A stretch of DNA of 32,000 bases from positions 71,699 through 103,698 of the forward strand of contig JBPCQA010000008.1 in the NCBI GenBank assembly GCA_050998615.1, written 5' to 3'. The position numbers were made by a program, and so were the translations under genes. Numbering within the stretch: position 1 is the stretch's first letter; each line of letters begins with the position of its first letter. Source of the stretch: Nocardioidaceae bacterium. GTDB lineage: Bacteria; Actinomycetota; Actinomycetes; Propionibacteriales; Nocardioidaceae. A model generated the notes under the pieces. That model was not told the DNA's origin and did no database searches. It was given only the letters and a program-made list of their open reading frames with translations. Shown in pieces: positions 1 to 6,608 of the stretch.

Positions 1-125
1 GCGTGGGTGTGCTTGTTGACAGGGCACTTGGGCTGGAGCACGACGCGGTGGCGGCCGCCGTACGAGACGCATTCGACGCTGGTGGGGGGCGCATGGTGGC
101 AGCAGCGGCCAGCTGGCCAGCGCAT
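1..125 (-). CDS. possible 5' end of a Cys/His-rich protein running off the left edge (partial, family unknown)
   Basis: Absent from the ORF track because it has no stop in the window. The minus frame from ATG 125..123 reads MRWPAGRCCHHAPPTSVECVSYGGRHRVVLQPKCPVNKHTH. Its third codon positions are mostly C, as in the confident genes here, while the co-phased plus frame 7..156 is G3-rich. No family recognised. Confidence 0.25.
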   Translation of the reverse strand, partial: MRWPAGRCCHHAPPTSVECVSYGGRHRVVLQPKCPVNKHTH

Positions 126-156
126 GCAGCGCCAGCCGCTGAGCCGGCCCAATGAG

Positions 157-1080
157 ATGGAAGACAGTCTGAGTCTCGTCGTCTCGGTCGTCACGGCGGT
201 GTGTGCTGCGGGAGCATTCGGCGCCGCTGGAGCCTTTCAACATAGGGCCACTCAGACGGCACCACCGAGAAAGGCGCTGCGGCCGGGCTTGCTGGTGGAC
301 CTGATCCGCGTGCAGGGTTTCCGCTCCGGGGTTTTGCTCGGCGCTCTCGGCTTCGCGTTGCAAGTCGTGGCGCTGCGCTTCGGGCCGCTTACCTTGGTGC
401 AGCCGCTGCTGGTGACCGGGATGTTGTTCTTCATCGGCTTCGCGTGTTGGCTCGAGCATCGAAGGCCCGATGTGAGGCTGATCGCCGGCGCACTGGCGGC
501 CCTGGCTGGCTTGTCTGCCTTCCTGGTGGTTGCGCAACCGTTGGCCGGATCCGGGCGGTTCGACAGCTCGGCTGCGCTGCCGCTCGGGATCGGGCTGATC
601 GTGGTTGTCGCAGTATGCCTTAGCGTAGCCTCGCGCCTAAGCCACGAGGTTCGCGCGCTTCCGCTGGCCGGTGCTACCGCTGTCTGTTACGGCACCACGG
701 CGGGCCTGGTGCGCAGCCTGACGTCGATGCAGGTCGGCGATCTGTGGACGAGTTGGGAGCTGTACGCCGTCCTGATCGTGGGGCCGTGCGGCTTCCTGCT
801 CAACCAGAACGCCTTCCAAAGCGGGCTGTTAGGTGCCGCCGCCATCGCCACGATCACGGTGGGCGACCCGGTGGTCTCGATCGGCATCGGCATCGCCTGG
901 CTCGGTGAGGCGATCGGCTCGGCGCCGGGGCAGATCGTCGGTGAGATCCTCGCGCTGGCAGCGACCGCCATCGGCATCGCGCTGCTCGCCCATCGGTCGC
1001 AGGAGATCGCCGCCTGCTTGGAGAGCGCCGAGCAGGAGCCGGCGCGCCAGCCATCCCGCCCGGACACCGCGACACCGTGA
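157..1080 (+). CDS. DMT-superfamily (EamA/NIPA-like) polytopic membrane protein
   Basis: Part of ORF 7..1080. The first hydrophobic span follows M51 (ATG 157). There are multiple TM-like segments, and GALGFALQVVALRFGPLTLVQPLLVTGMLFF resembles the DMT helix pattern. The start is inferred. Confidence 0.6.
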   Translation: MEDSLSLVVSVVTAVCAAGAFGAAGAFQHRATQTAPPRKALRPGLLVDLIRVQGFRSGVLLGALGFALQVVALRFGPLTLVQPLLVTGMLFFIGFACWLEHRRPDVRLIAGALAALAGLSAFLVVAQPLAGSGRFDSSAALPLGIGLIVVVAVCLSVASRLSHEVRALPLAGATAVCYGTTAGLVRSLTSMQVGDLWTSWELYAVLIVGPCGFLLNQNAFQSGLLGAAAIATITVGDPVVSIGIGIAWLGEAIGSAPGQIVGEILALAATAIGIALLAHRSQEIAACLESAEQEPARQPSRPDTATP

Positions 1081-1115
1081 TGCAGCGCCTCGGCGGCGCA
1101 GTGGCTCGGCGACCT

Positions 1116-1163
1116 GTGGCCCAGTGGCCCAGTGGTGCCGTGACCCAGTGACCCGGTGGCACG
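1116..1163. repeat. six tandem 8-bp units, GTGRCCCA-like
   Basis: Read directly: gtggccca gtggccca gtggtgcc gtgaccca gtgacccg gtggcacg. Lies in the intergenic region between the DMT stop (1080) and the SDR start (1205). Confidence 0.85.
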
Positions 1164-1204
1164 GCCGCCGGGTGAACATGGCAGCTCAGTGAAGAGGTGA
1201 TCTC

Positions 1205-1963
1205 GTGACGAAGCTCGACGGCGCGCTGGCGCTGGTGACCGGCGCGTCAAGCGGGATCGGCAGAGCTACCGCGTTGGAGCTGGCGGCTGCCGGCTGCCGG
1301 CTGCTGCTCTGCGGACGTGACGAGGCACGGCTGGAGCGGGTGGTCGTCGACACGGATGGCGACTACGTGGTCGCCGACCTGGCGGATGCCGACGACGTAC
1401 GGCGCCTCGCCGAGCGGGTCAACGCCGGCCCCCTCCCCGACCTGGTCGTGCACAACGCGGGCGTGGGGCTTTCCGGCCCGCTCTGCACCCTCGGTGACGC
1501 CGAGATCCAGCGTGTGTTGGCGGTGAACCTGCTCGCCCCGATCGGGCTGACTCGCGAGTGGCTGCCGGGGATGCTCGAGCGTGGCGGCGGGCATTTCGTG
1601 TTCGTCACCTCGATCGCCGGCCTGCTCGGCGTACCGCAGGAATCCGTGTATGCCGCGTCCAAGGCCGGCCTCACCATCTTCGCGGCGAGCCTGCGGAGCG
1701 AGGTCGCCCGATTTGGTCTGACGGTGACGACAGTGGCGCCCGGTGTCGTCGCCACGGAGTTCTCCTCGCGTCGCGGTGAACCGTATACGCGTCGGTTTCC
1801 TCGGCCGATTTCGGCGGATCGGGTCGCACGCGCTCTCGTCGACGCCGTCGAGCACGATCGCGCGGAAGTGGTGGTGCCCGGCTGGCTCAAGCTCGCCGTC
1901 GCTGTGCAGGCACTGGCCCCGCAGCGCTACTCCACCCTCTCCTCCCGCTGGGGCCACCCCTAA
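1205..1963 (+). CDS. short-chain dehydrogenase/reductase (SDR) family oxidoreductase
   Basis: TGASSGIGRATALELAAAG cofactor motif, NAG, and the YAASKAG catalytic Yxxx(K) motif. GTG start preceded by GAAGAGG. Confidence 0.9.
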   Translation: MTKLDGALALVTGASSGIGRATALELAAAGCRLLLCGRDEARLERVVVDTDGDYVVADLADADDVRRLAERVNAGPLPDLVVHNAGVGLSGPLCTLGDAEIQRVLAVNLLAPIGLTREWLPGMLERGGGHFVFVTSIAGLLGVPQESVYAASKAGLTIFAASLRSEVARFGLTVTTVAPGVVATEFSSRRGEPYTRRFPRPISADRVARALVDAVEHDRAEVVVPGWLKLAVAVQALAPQRYSTLSSRWGHP

Positions 1964-1974
1964 TCTCCGCCGAC

Positions 1975-2040
1975 CCGTCACTTTCTTCCTGCCGAGCCGT
2001 CACTTTCTTCCCGCCGAGCCGTCACTTTCTTCCGGCCGAA
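1975..2040. repeat. three tandem 22-bp repeats, CCGTCACTTTCTTCCNGCCGAG
   Basis: Units at 1975-1996, 1997-2018 and 2019-2040. They are identical except position 16 (T, C, G) and the last base. The array begins 12 nt after the SDR stop. Confidence 0.9.
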
Positions 2041-2100
2041 CGCCGATGGCTCCTGGCGGAGCGCCCCTGCGCCATGAAGATGGGCTCATTTTCGAGGGAG

Positions 2101-2160
2101 CCGTCAGCTTCTTCGCGCGAGCCGTCACCAACTTCCGCGTAAGCCGTCACGCGTCCCAGA
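2101..2160. repeat. three degenerate copies of the same 22-bp unit
   Basis: ccgtcagcttcttcgcgcgag / ccgtcaccaacttccgcgtaag / ccgtcacgcgtcccaga. Each starts with CCGTCA at a 21-22 bp period, 60 bp downstream of the first array. Confidence 0.6.
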
Positions 2161-2259
2161 GGCTCTTCGTCGGCTCGACTTACGTGTACGAACCGCGTTC
2201 CTATGCCCGTCCGAACCACCGTTCGCCACGAACGCGACTCACGCCCGCGGGAGGAGCGT

Positions 2260-2654
2260 TCACGGACACGATTGGACGCCCGGCTGGACCTGCTGAACCG
2301 GCCGTGAGAGCAGACAGAACTCGTTGCCCTCTGGGTCGCTGAGAACGACCCAGCTGACATCAGATTGCTGGCCGACGTCGACACGCCGCGCGCCCGGAGG
2401 CTCAGCAATCGATCGAGTTCCTGCGAGGTCGCTACCCCATCTGCGCGCAGGTCCAAGTGCAGCCGGTTCTGAACGGTCTTGCGCTCAGGAACGGTCAGCA
2501 CGTCGATGGTTGGCCACGCGCCACCGGACGGTGCGATGCTGATCACTTCGGCATCCTCTTCGACCACCTGCCATCCCAGCACGCTGCACCAGAAGCCTGC
2601 GATCAAACGCGGCTGGACGGCGGCGATGGCGACAACTGCAATGCGGCTCGGCAT
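2260..2654 (-). pseudogene. VOC (glyoxalase/bleomycin-resistance fold) family gene with a frameshift near 2395
   Basis: The N-terminal frame reads MPSRIAVVAIAAVQPRLIAGFWCSVLGWQVVEED...RLHLDLRADGV...ELDRLLSL. The family-typical C-terminus GARRVDVGQQSDVSWVVLSDPEGNEFCLLSRP continues in another frame (2 extra nt at about 2395-2396) and stops at TGA 2262..2260. The 210-aa track ORF (to 2022) is out-of-frame read-through. Confidence 0.7.
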
Positions 2655-2732
2655 GGTGCCATTCTTGCCTTCAGCCTATCCGCACGTCAGGTAGCCGCCC
2701 GATCGCTAACCCACTTAAGGTCAAGCAAAATC

Positions 2733-2765
2733 GGTGGGCATGTGGGTTTTACCCACATGCCCACC
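2733..2765. promoter_or_regulatory. perfect inverted repeat (15-bp arms, 3-nt loop), candidate operator of the TA module
   Basis: GGTGGGCATGTGGGT-TTT-ACCCACATGCCCACC read directly. It lies 45 nt upstream of the antitoxin GTG. A -10-like TATGCT sits at 2774-2779 and an SD GAGGAGGG at 2795-2802. Confidence 0.45.
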
Positions 2766-2809
2766 TGAAGAGGTATGCTAGGTCGATCTAACACCGAGGA
2801 GGGACAGCA

Positions 2810-3094
2810 GTGAGCGCACTTGTCGGCTTCGAGCCGGTCGCCGAAGTAGCGGCTGACGATCGAGGGCGGATCGCATTCGGGCGCGCCGGTGTGCACCGCA
2901 ACGACAGATTCTTGGTGTCCATCAGCCCGAGTGGTGAGATCCTGCTGTCGCCTCTAGCCAGCATCCCAAGGCGGGAGTTGCTGGTATGGGAGGATCAGGC
3001 GCTACGCGAGTCGCTCCTGCGCGGCATGGCCGACGCCTCTCGGGGGCATGTGCACCGCAGGGATGACCTGCTCGAGGATGACGCCGACAGGTGA
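2810..3094 (+). CDS. type II antitoxin, AbrB/SpoVT-like N-terminal domain
   Basis: 94 aa. DDRGRIAFGRAG...DRFLVSISPSGEILLSPLASIP resembles the looped-hinge AbrB/MazE fold pattern. The C-terminus is acidic. The stop overlaps the toxin start (GTGA at 3091-3094). Strong SD. Confidence 0.6.
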   Translation: MSALVGFEPVAEVAADDRGRIAFGRAGVHRNDRFLVSISPSGEILLSPLASIPRRELLVWEDQALRESLLRGMADASRGHVHRRDDLLEDDADR

Positions 3095-3396
3095 GCGCGC
3101 CGCCCTTCGCGCTGGTTTACACCGATGAGGCGCTTCGCGTCCTGAAGGACCTCGCCAAGCCTGCCCACGCCAAGAAGTTGAAGAAGGTTAAGAAGACGTT
3201 GCGGTTGCTCCGCGACGTCGGCCCCGGCCATCCGGGGTTGAACTCCCACAAATACCAGTCCCTCACCGGCCCGGCAGGCGAGGAGGTGTGGGAGTCCTAC
3301 GTCGAGAACAGGACACCAGGTGCTTGGCGGCTGTGGTGGCTGTATGGACCAACGCCGGACACTCTCGCGATCCTGACAATCGGCCCACATCCATAA
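3091..3396 (+). CDS. type II toxin, RelE/ParE superfamily
   Basis: 101 aa. The C-terminal GAWRLWWLYGPTPDTLAILTIGPHP matches the RelE/ParE beta-strand pattern (xYRiiY...I.Il.Ig). 4-nt overlap with the upstream small gene. Confidence 0.7.
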   Translation: MSAPPFALVYTDEALRVLKDLAKPAHAKKLKKVKKTLRLLRDVGPGHPGLNSHKYQSLTGPAGEEVWESYVENRTPGAWRLWWLYGPTPDTLAILTIGPHP

Positions 3397-3567
3397 CGTC
3401 ATGGCGCCGCTTCCCCCGGCTGGGCCGGGCGTCGTCTCGCGCATGACGCGTCCGGCGAACCCCCCCTGCACCACGCAGGCGTACCACTCATGGATCCGGG
3501 TACCGGCGGGACTGGCGCACGACGCCGCGGCCTTGTTCAACATTGAGCGCCGTGACTAGGGTGCCTC

Positions 3568-3779
3568 ATGCCAGTTCGGTTCCTGTCCGACGCTGAACCT
3601 ATCTCGGCGACGCGCTCGACGCCCTCCGAGCTGGTGGCCACCCCGTCACTGACGAAGACGCAGCGCACATCACACCCGTGCAGCACGACCACATCAGCTT
3701 CTACGGCATCTACTCATTCGACCTCGAAACAGAGCTGCGCCGCGAAGGACGCCGTCCACTCCGCTGTCCAGCTGCCTGA
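3568..3779 (+). mobile_element. Tn3-family transposase remnant (N-terminal 10 codons joined out of frame to the last ~60 codons)
   Basis: ATG 3568 gives MPVRFLSDAE, a DUF4158/TnpA-type N-terminus. From 3600 a different frame reads YLGDALDALRAGGHPVTDEDAAHITPVQHDHISFYGIYSFDLETELRREGRRPLR*, which matches the conserved Tn3 TnpA C-terminus (...LRAEGHxVxDEDVARLSP..HINMLGRYSF...LRPL). The body of the gene is missing. Confidence 0.6.
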
Positions 3780-3927
3780 CCGACGCTCGGCAGGGCAATG
3801 GGACCGGACCAGATTCGCTCCGCTGCCAAGGTGACGTCCAGCGTCGGCTGCGCTGCAGTGGATGGCTCAAAGACGGTACTGCGACGGCGGCGTGACGATC
3901 CGTCGCGGCCGGCTGCTAAGTAACGCG

Positions 3928-4536
3928 TCAGTGCTTCTGCTCGCTAGGCAATGGACGAGGCGCCATAGAACTGGGAATATCTGACATGAACTGTGCTTTG
4001 GAGAGAAGTGTTCCTTGAGCGACCAGTGGGTTTGGAGGATCCTGATAGTTTGGGCAGTTCATGTTCACCCACCCGGCCGCATCCACCCAAAAGGCCCCCA
4101 ACATCCCGTCGGTCACATAGAAACTCTGGTCAGGATCCTCTGTTAAGAAAAGAATGTATTCGCCGGGATGAAGCAGCGCCTGGGATGGGACACCGTCTTC
4201 GGAGACGTTAGTCGGAGCCGGAGTCCCCGAGCGCGAAAGCAGAACACTAACGTTGTCGAGCGGGAACGTCCACTCAGTTGAGTCCGAGTATGTCCCTGGA
4301 CCGACGGTCGCATCAATAACCGTATCGCTCGCATCCGCTTGATTTGCCACATCTGAAGAAGTGGGGTAGGTGCAAGGCGCATCCGGAGGCAGAGGAAGTG
4401 CAGGGACAAGGCGAGATAGACTGCGCGAGCTTGCTTGACCAACCGGTGCTCGCGAGGCGGCATCTCCGCACGCCACCACCCCTAAAAGAGAGAGTGATAG
4501 AATAATACCACAACGCAATACAGACGCTGGTCTCAT
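3928..4536 (-). CDS. lipoprotein of unknown function (low-GC cassette, gene 2)
   Basis: MRPASVLRCGIILSLSLLGVVAC has a basic n-region, a hydrophobic core and a lipobox V-V-A-C. ATG 4536 forms an ATGA overlap with the upstream stop (the track start at 4545 is an alternative). No family recognised. Confidence 0.7.
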   Translation of the reverse strand: MRPASVLRCGIILSLSLLGVVACGDAASRAPVGQASSRSLSRLVPALPLPPDAPCTYPTSSDVANQADASDTVIDATVGPGTYSDSTEWTFPLDNVSVLLSRSGTPAPTNVSEDGVPSQALLHPGEYILFLTEDPDQSFYVTDGMLGAFWVDAAGWVNMNCPNYQDPPNPLVAQGTLLSKAQFMSDIPSSMAPRPLPSEQKH

Positions 4537-5372
4537 TGAGCCCATAATATCGCTCCATTGTTAGTGCAGGAATGGTTAAGCCCAGTCCCCATTGAAATCG
4601 TGTTAAAATTTTCAGCAAATACTTTGGTTGGGGGACACGTGGCGCCATAGCCATAATAGGCCTGCGCCGAATAAGACGCGTACCAGATGCCACCGTGACG
4701 GGTCTGAAGAGCTGGATTGGCGCCGACAGGGCCTAGTTGTGAGTTGCGATCTATGGGATTGCCCGAACTGAGTTCGGCTACTGAAAATGGCGTATGCCTT
4801 CCGATCCCAGAAGCTTTCACCTTGAATGCAGACCCGGGCAATTCGCCCGTCCTTCCGCCAGCATTCCATTGATAGAACCCGTTACCCACATACTTGTTCA
4901 CGTATATTGAAAAATTGGCGTAATCGGGAATTGTGACACCGCAGGACACATCGATACTCACCTTACGGTTCCCAGCGGGGCCGAAAGCTTGAACGAATTC
5001 AGACATTTGATCTCTGCAGCCAGGGTAGTTGGTTGCCGTGCCTGCTTGATAAAAGCTTCCATTTCCCAATGTCGAGGCGATCCAGACAAAGACGGTGGCG
5101 CCACTTGGTTCGTACTGGGGCAGCGGGAAATGGCCCAAGAAGCTTCGGGCTCCAGTAGCGTAGTGGTCGGTTGAATCTGTGCTTTGGGCTCCCACTTGCC
5201 AGTAATACCCGGACGTGGCCAAGCTGGCGGACGCCGCTCTGCTGGATGCGGCCGCAGCCGAGTCGCCTGGTGGGGGTGTAGCGACGCCGCCAAGTACGAA
5301 GCCAAGCGTCAGCAGCGCACCCACTGGACCCAAGCGTGAGCTGCTCGCCATCACTTTTCGCCGCATGAACAT
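4533..5372 (-). CDS. secreted protein of unknown function (low-GC cassette, gene 1), weak resemblance to G1 glutamic-peptidase motifs
   Basis: Signal-peptide-like N-terminus MFMRRKVMASSSRLGPVGALLTLGFVLGGVA. SD GAAGG lies 6 nt before the ATG. 279 aa, rich in G/Y/N/S. See findings for the motif comparison. Confidence 0.75.
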   Translation of the reverse strand: MFMRRKVMASSSRLGPVGALLTLGFVLGGVATPPPGDSAAAASSRAASASLATSGYYWQVGAQSTDSTDHYATGARSFLGHFPLPQYEPSGATVFVWIASTLGNGSFYQAGTATNYPGCRDQMSEFVQAFGPAGNRKVSIDVSCGVTIPDYANFSIYVNKYVGNGFYQWNAGGRTGELPGSAFKVKASGIGRHTPFSVAELSSGNPIDRNSQLGPVGANPALQTRHGGIWYASYSAQAYYGYGATCPPTKVFAENFNTISMGTGLNHSCTNNGAILWAQ

Positions 5373-5429
5373 GAGACGCCTTCACGGTTCCCGGCTCATC
5401 CGAACTGTTAGGGTCGGGAAGCTCCGCAG

Positions 5430-5445
5430 ATGCTTCATGAAGCAT
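5430..5445. promoter_or_regulatory. perfect 16-bp palindrome ATGCTTCATGAAGCAT upstream of the cassette
   Basis: Read directly. It lies 58 nt upstream of start codon 5372 in the least GC-rich part of the 5373-5600 spacer. Confidence 0.35.
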
Positions 5446-5536
5446 GTGTTTGAAGATATAGGCGCTGAGTACCGCATAGCGAGACGTTCGTCTACGCTCA
5501 CTCGCTTCGCAACGGTCCTGGCAGGTAGCGCAACGA

Positions 5537-5567
5537 GGCAAGTTTCTGTTGCCGGGGGGAGTGCCCC
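5537..5567 (-). terminator. two short hairpins just downstream of hpnH (weak terminator candidate)
   Basis: GGCAA-gtttctg-TTGCC (5537-5553) followed by GGGG-agtg-CCCC (5556-5567). No U-tract, so weak. Confidence 0.2.
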
Positions 5568-5600
5568 TTCCAGACGAACGTCAGCTGTTGCGGATGAACG

Positions 5601-6608
5601 TCAGCTGCGGGCGGCCCGCAGGGATTCCTTGAGGGAGCCCATGGTGGCCATCACGGCGGTGGGTTCGTAGCCGCAGTGGGCCATGCAGTTGGCGCAGCGT
5701 GGGTCGCGGCCGCGGCCGTAGGAGTCCCAGTCGGTCGACTCCACCAGTTCCTTGTAGGTGCTGGTGTAGCCGTCGGCCATCAGATAGCAGGGCCGCTGCC
5801 ACCCGAACAGCGAATAGCTCGGGATCCCCCACGCCGTACAACCGAAGTCGACGTCGCCTTGCAGGAAGTCGAGGAACAGCGGGGAGTGGTTGAGACGCCA
5901 CCGCTTGCGGTTCCCGTTGGCGAACGCCTTGCGGAACAGTTCCCGCGTCTCGGTCACACCCAAGAAGTGCTCTTGATCCGGTGCCTTCTCATAGGCATAC
6001 GCCGGGGAAATCATCATCTGGTCGACCTTGAGGTCGTCGTTGAGGAAGTCGAGCACGTCGATGATGTTTTGTGGGCTGTCGGTGTTGAAGAAGGTCGAGT
6101 TGGTGGTGACCTTGAAGCCGCGCTCTTTCAGCCAGCGGACCGCGGCCACCGCCTCCTCGAACACGCCCTCCTGACAGACCGAGGCGTCATGGCGCTCTTG
6201 CAGCCCGTCGATGTGCACGGTGAACGCGAAGTACGGCGAGGGGTGGAAGTCGAACTTGTCCCACCACTTGCGCACCAGCATCGCGTTGGTGCACAAGAAC
6301 ACGAACTTCTTTCGCGCCACCAACTCGTTGACGAGTTTGTCGATCTCCGGGTGCATCAGCGGCTCTCCACCCGCGATGGAGACCATCGGTGCCCCGCACT
6401 CCGCCATCGCCTCCAGCGCCTGCTCCACCGGCATCCGGCGACGCAACTCGTCCGCCGGATGCTGAATCTTGCCGCAGCCAGCACATTGCAGGTTGCACGC
6501 GAAGAGCGGTTCCAGCTCGACAAGCAGGGGGAACTTCTCCCGGCCGCTCAGCCGCTGCCGGAGCAGATAGCTACCGATCTTCAGGGTTTGACGCAAAGGC
6601 ATATTCAT
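5601..6608 (-). CDS. hpnH: adenosyl-hopene transferase, radical SAM (HpnH)
   Basis: 335 aa with CNLQCAGC (CX3CX2C) near the N-terminus. Full-length resemblance to HpnH (…FLCTNAML…HIDG…WGIPSY…CANCMAHCGYEP). ATGA overlap with the upstream gene. Sits in a hopanoid cluster. Confidence 0.95.
   Translation of the reverse strand: MNMPLRQTLKIGSYLLRQRLSGREKFPLLVELEPLFACNLQCAGCGKIQHPADELRRRMPVEQALEAMAECGAPMVSIAGGEPLMHPEIDKLVNELVARKKFVFLCTNAMLVRKWWDKFDFHPSPYFAFTVHIDGLQERHDASVCQEGVFEEAVAAVRWLKERGFKVTTNSTFFNTDSPQNIIDVLDFLNDDLKVDQMMISPAYAYEKAPDQEHFLGVTETRELFRKAFANGNRKRWRLNHSPLFLDFLQGDVDFGCTAWGIPSYSLFGWQRPCYLMADGYTSTYKELVESTDWDSYGRGRDPRCANCMAHCGYEPTAVMATMGSLKESLRAARS

Noticed and set aside
1975-2160. CRISPR array interpretation of the 22-bp repeats
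   Set aside because: The first three units are directly tandem with no spacers. The unit is shorter than typical CRISPR repeats and there are no cas genes nearby.
2022-2259. C-terminal tail of the 210-aa ORF 2022..2654
   Set aside because: It is out-of-frame read-through after the frameshift at about 2395. The authentic VOC C-terminus ends at 2260.
2995-3543. 182-aa minus-strand ORF
   Set aside because: It is antisense to the toxin gene, has no motifs, and has no plausible RBS.
3781-3930. Search for Tn3-type 38-bp terminal inverted repeats (GGGG...TAAG) flanking the tnpA remnant, also around 2690-2730
   Set aside because: I found only isolated TAAG/CTTAAG strings and no pair of matching inverted termini, so no IR is reported.
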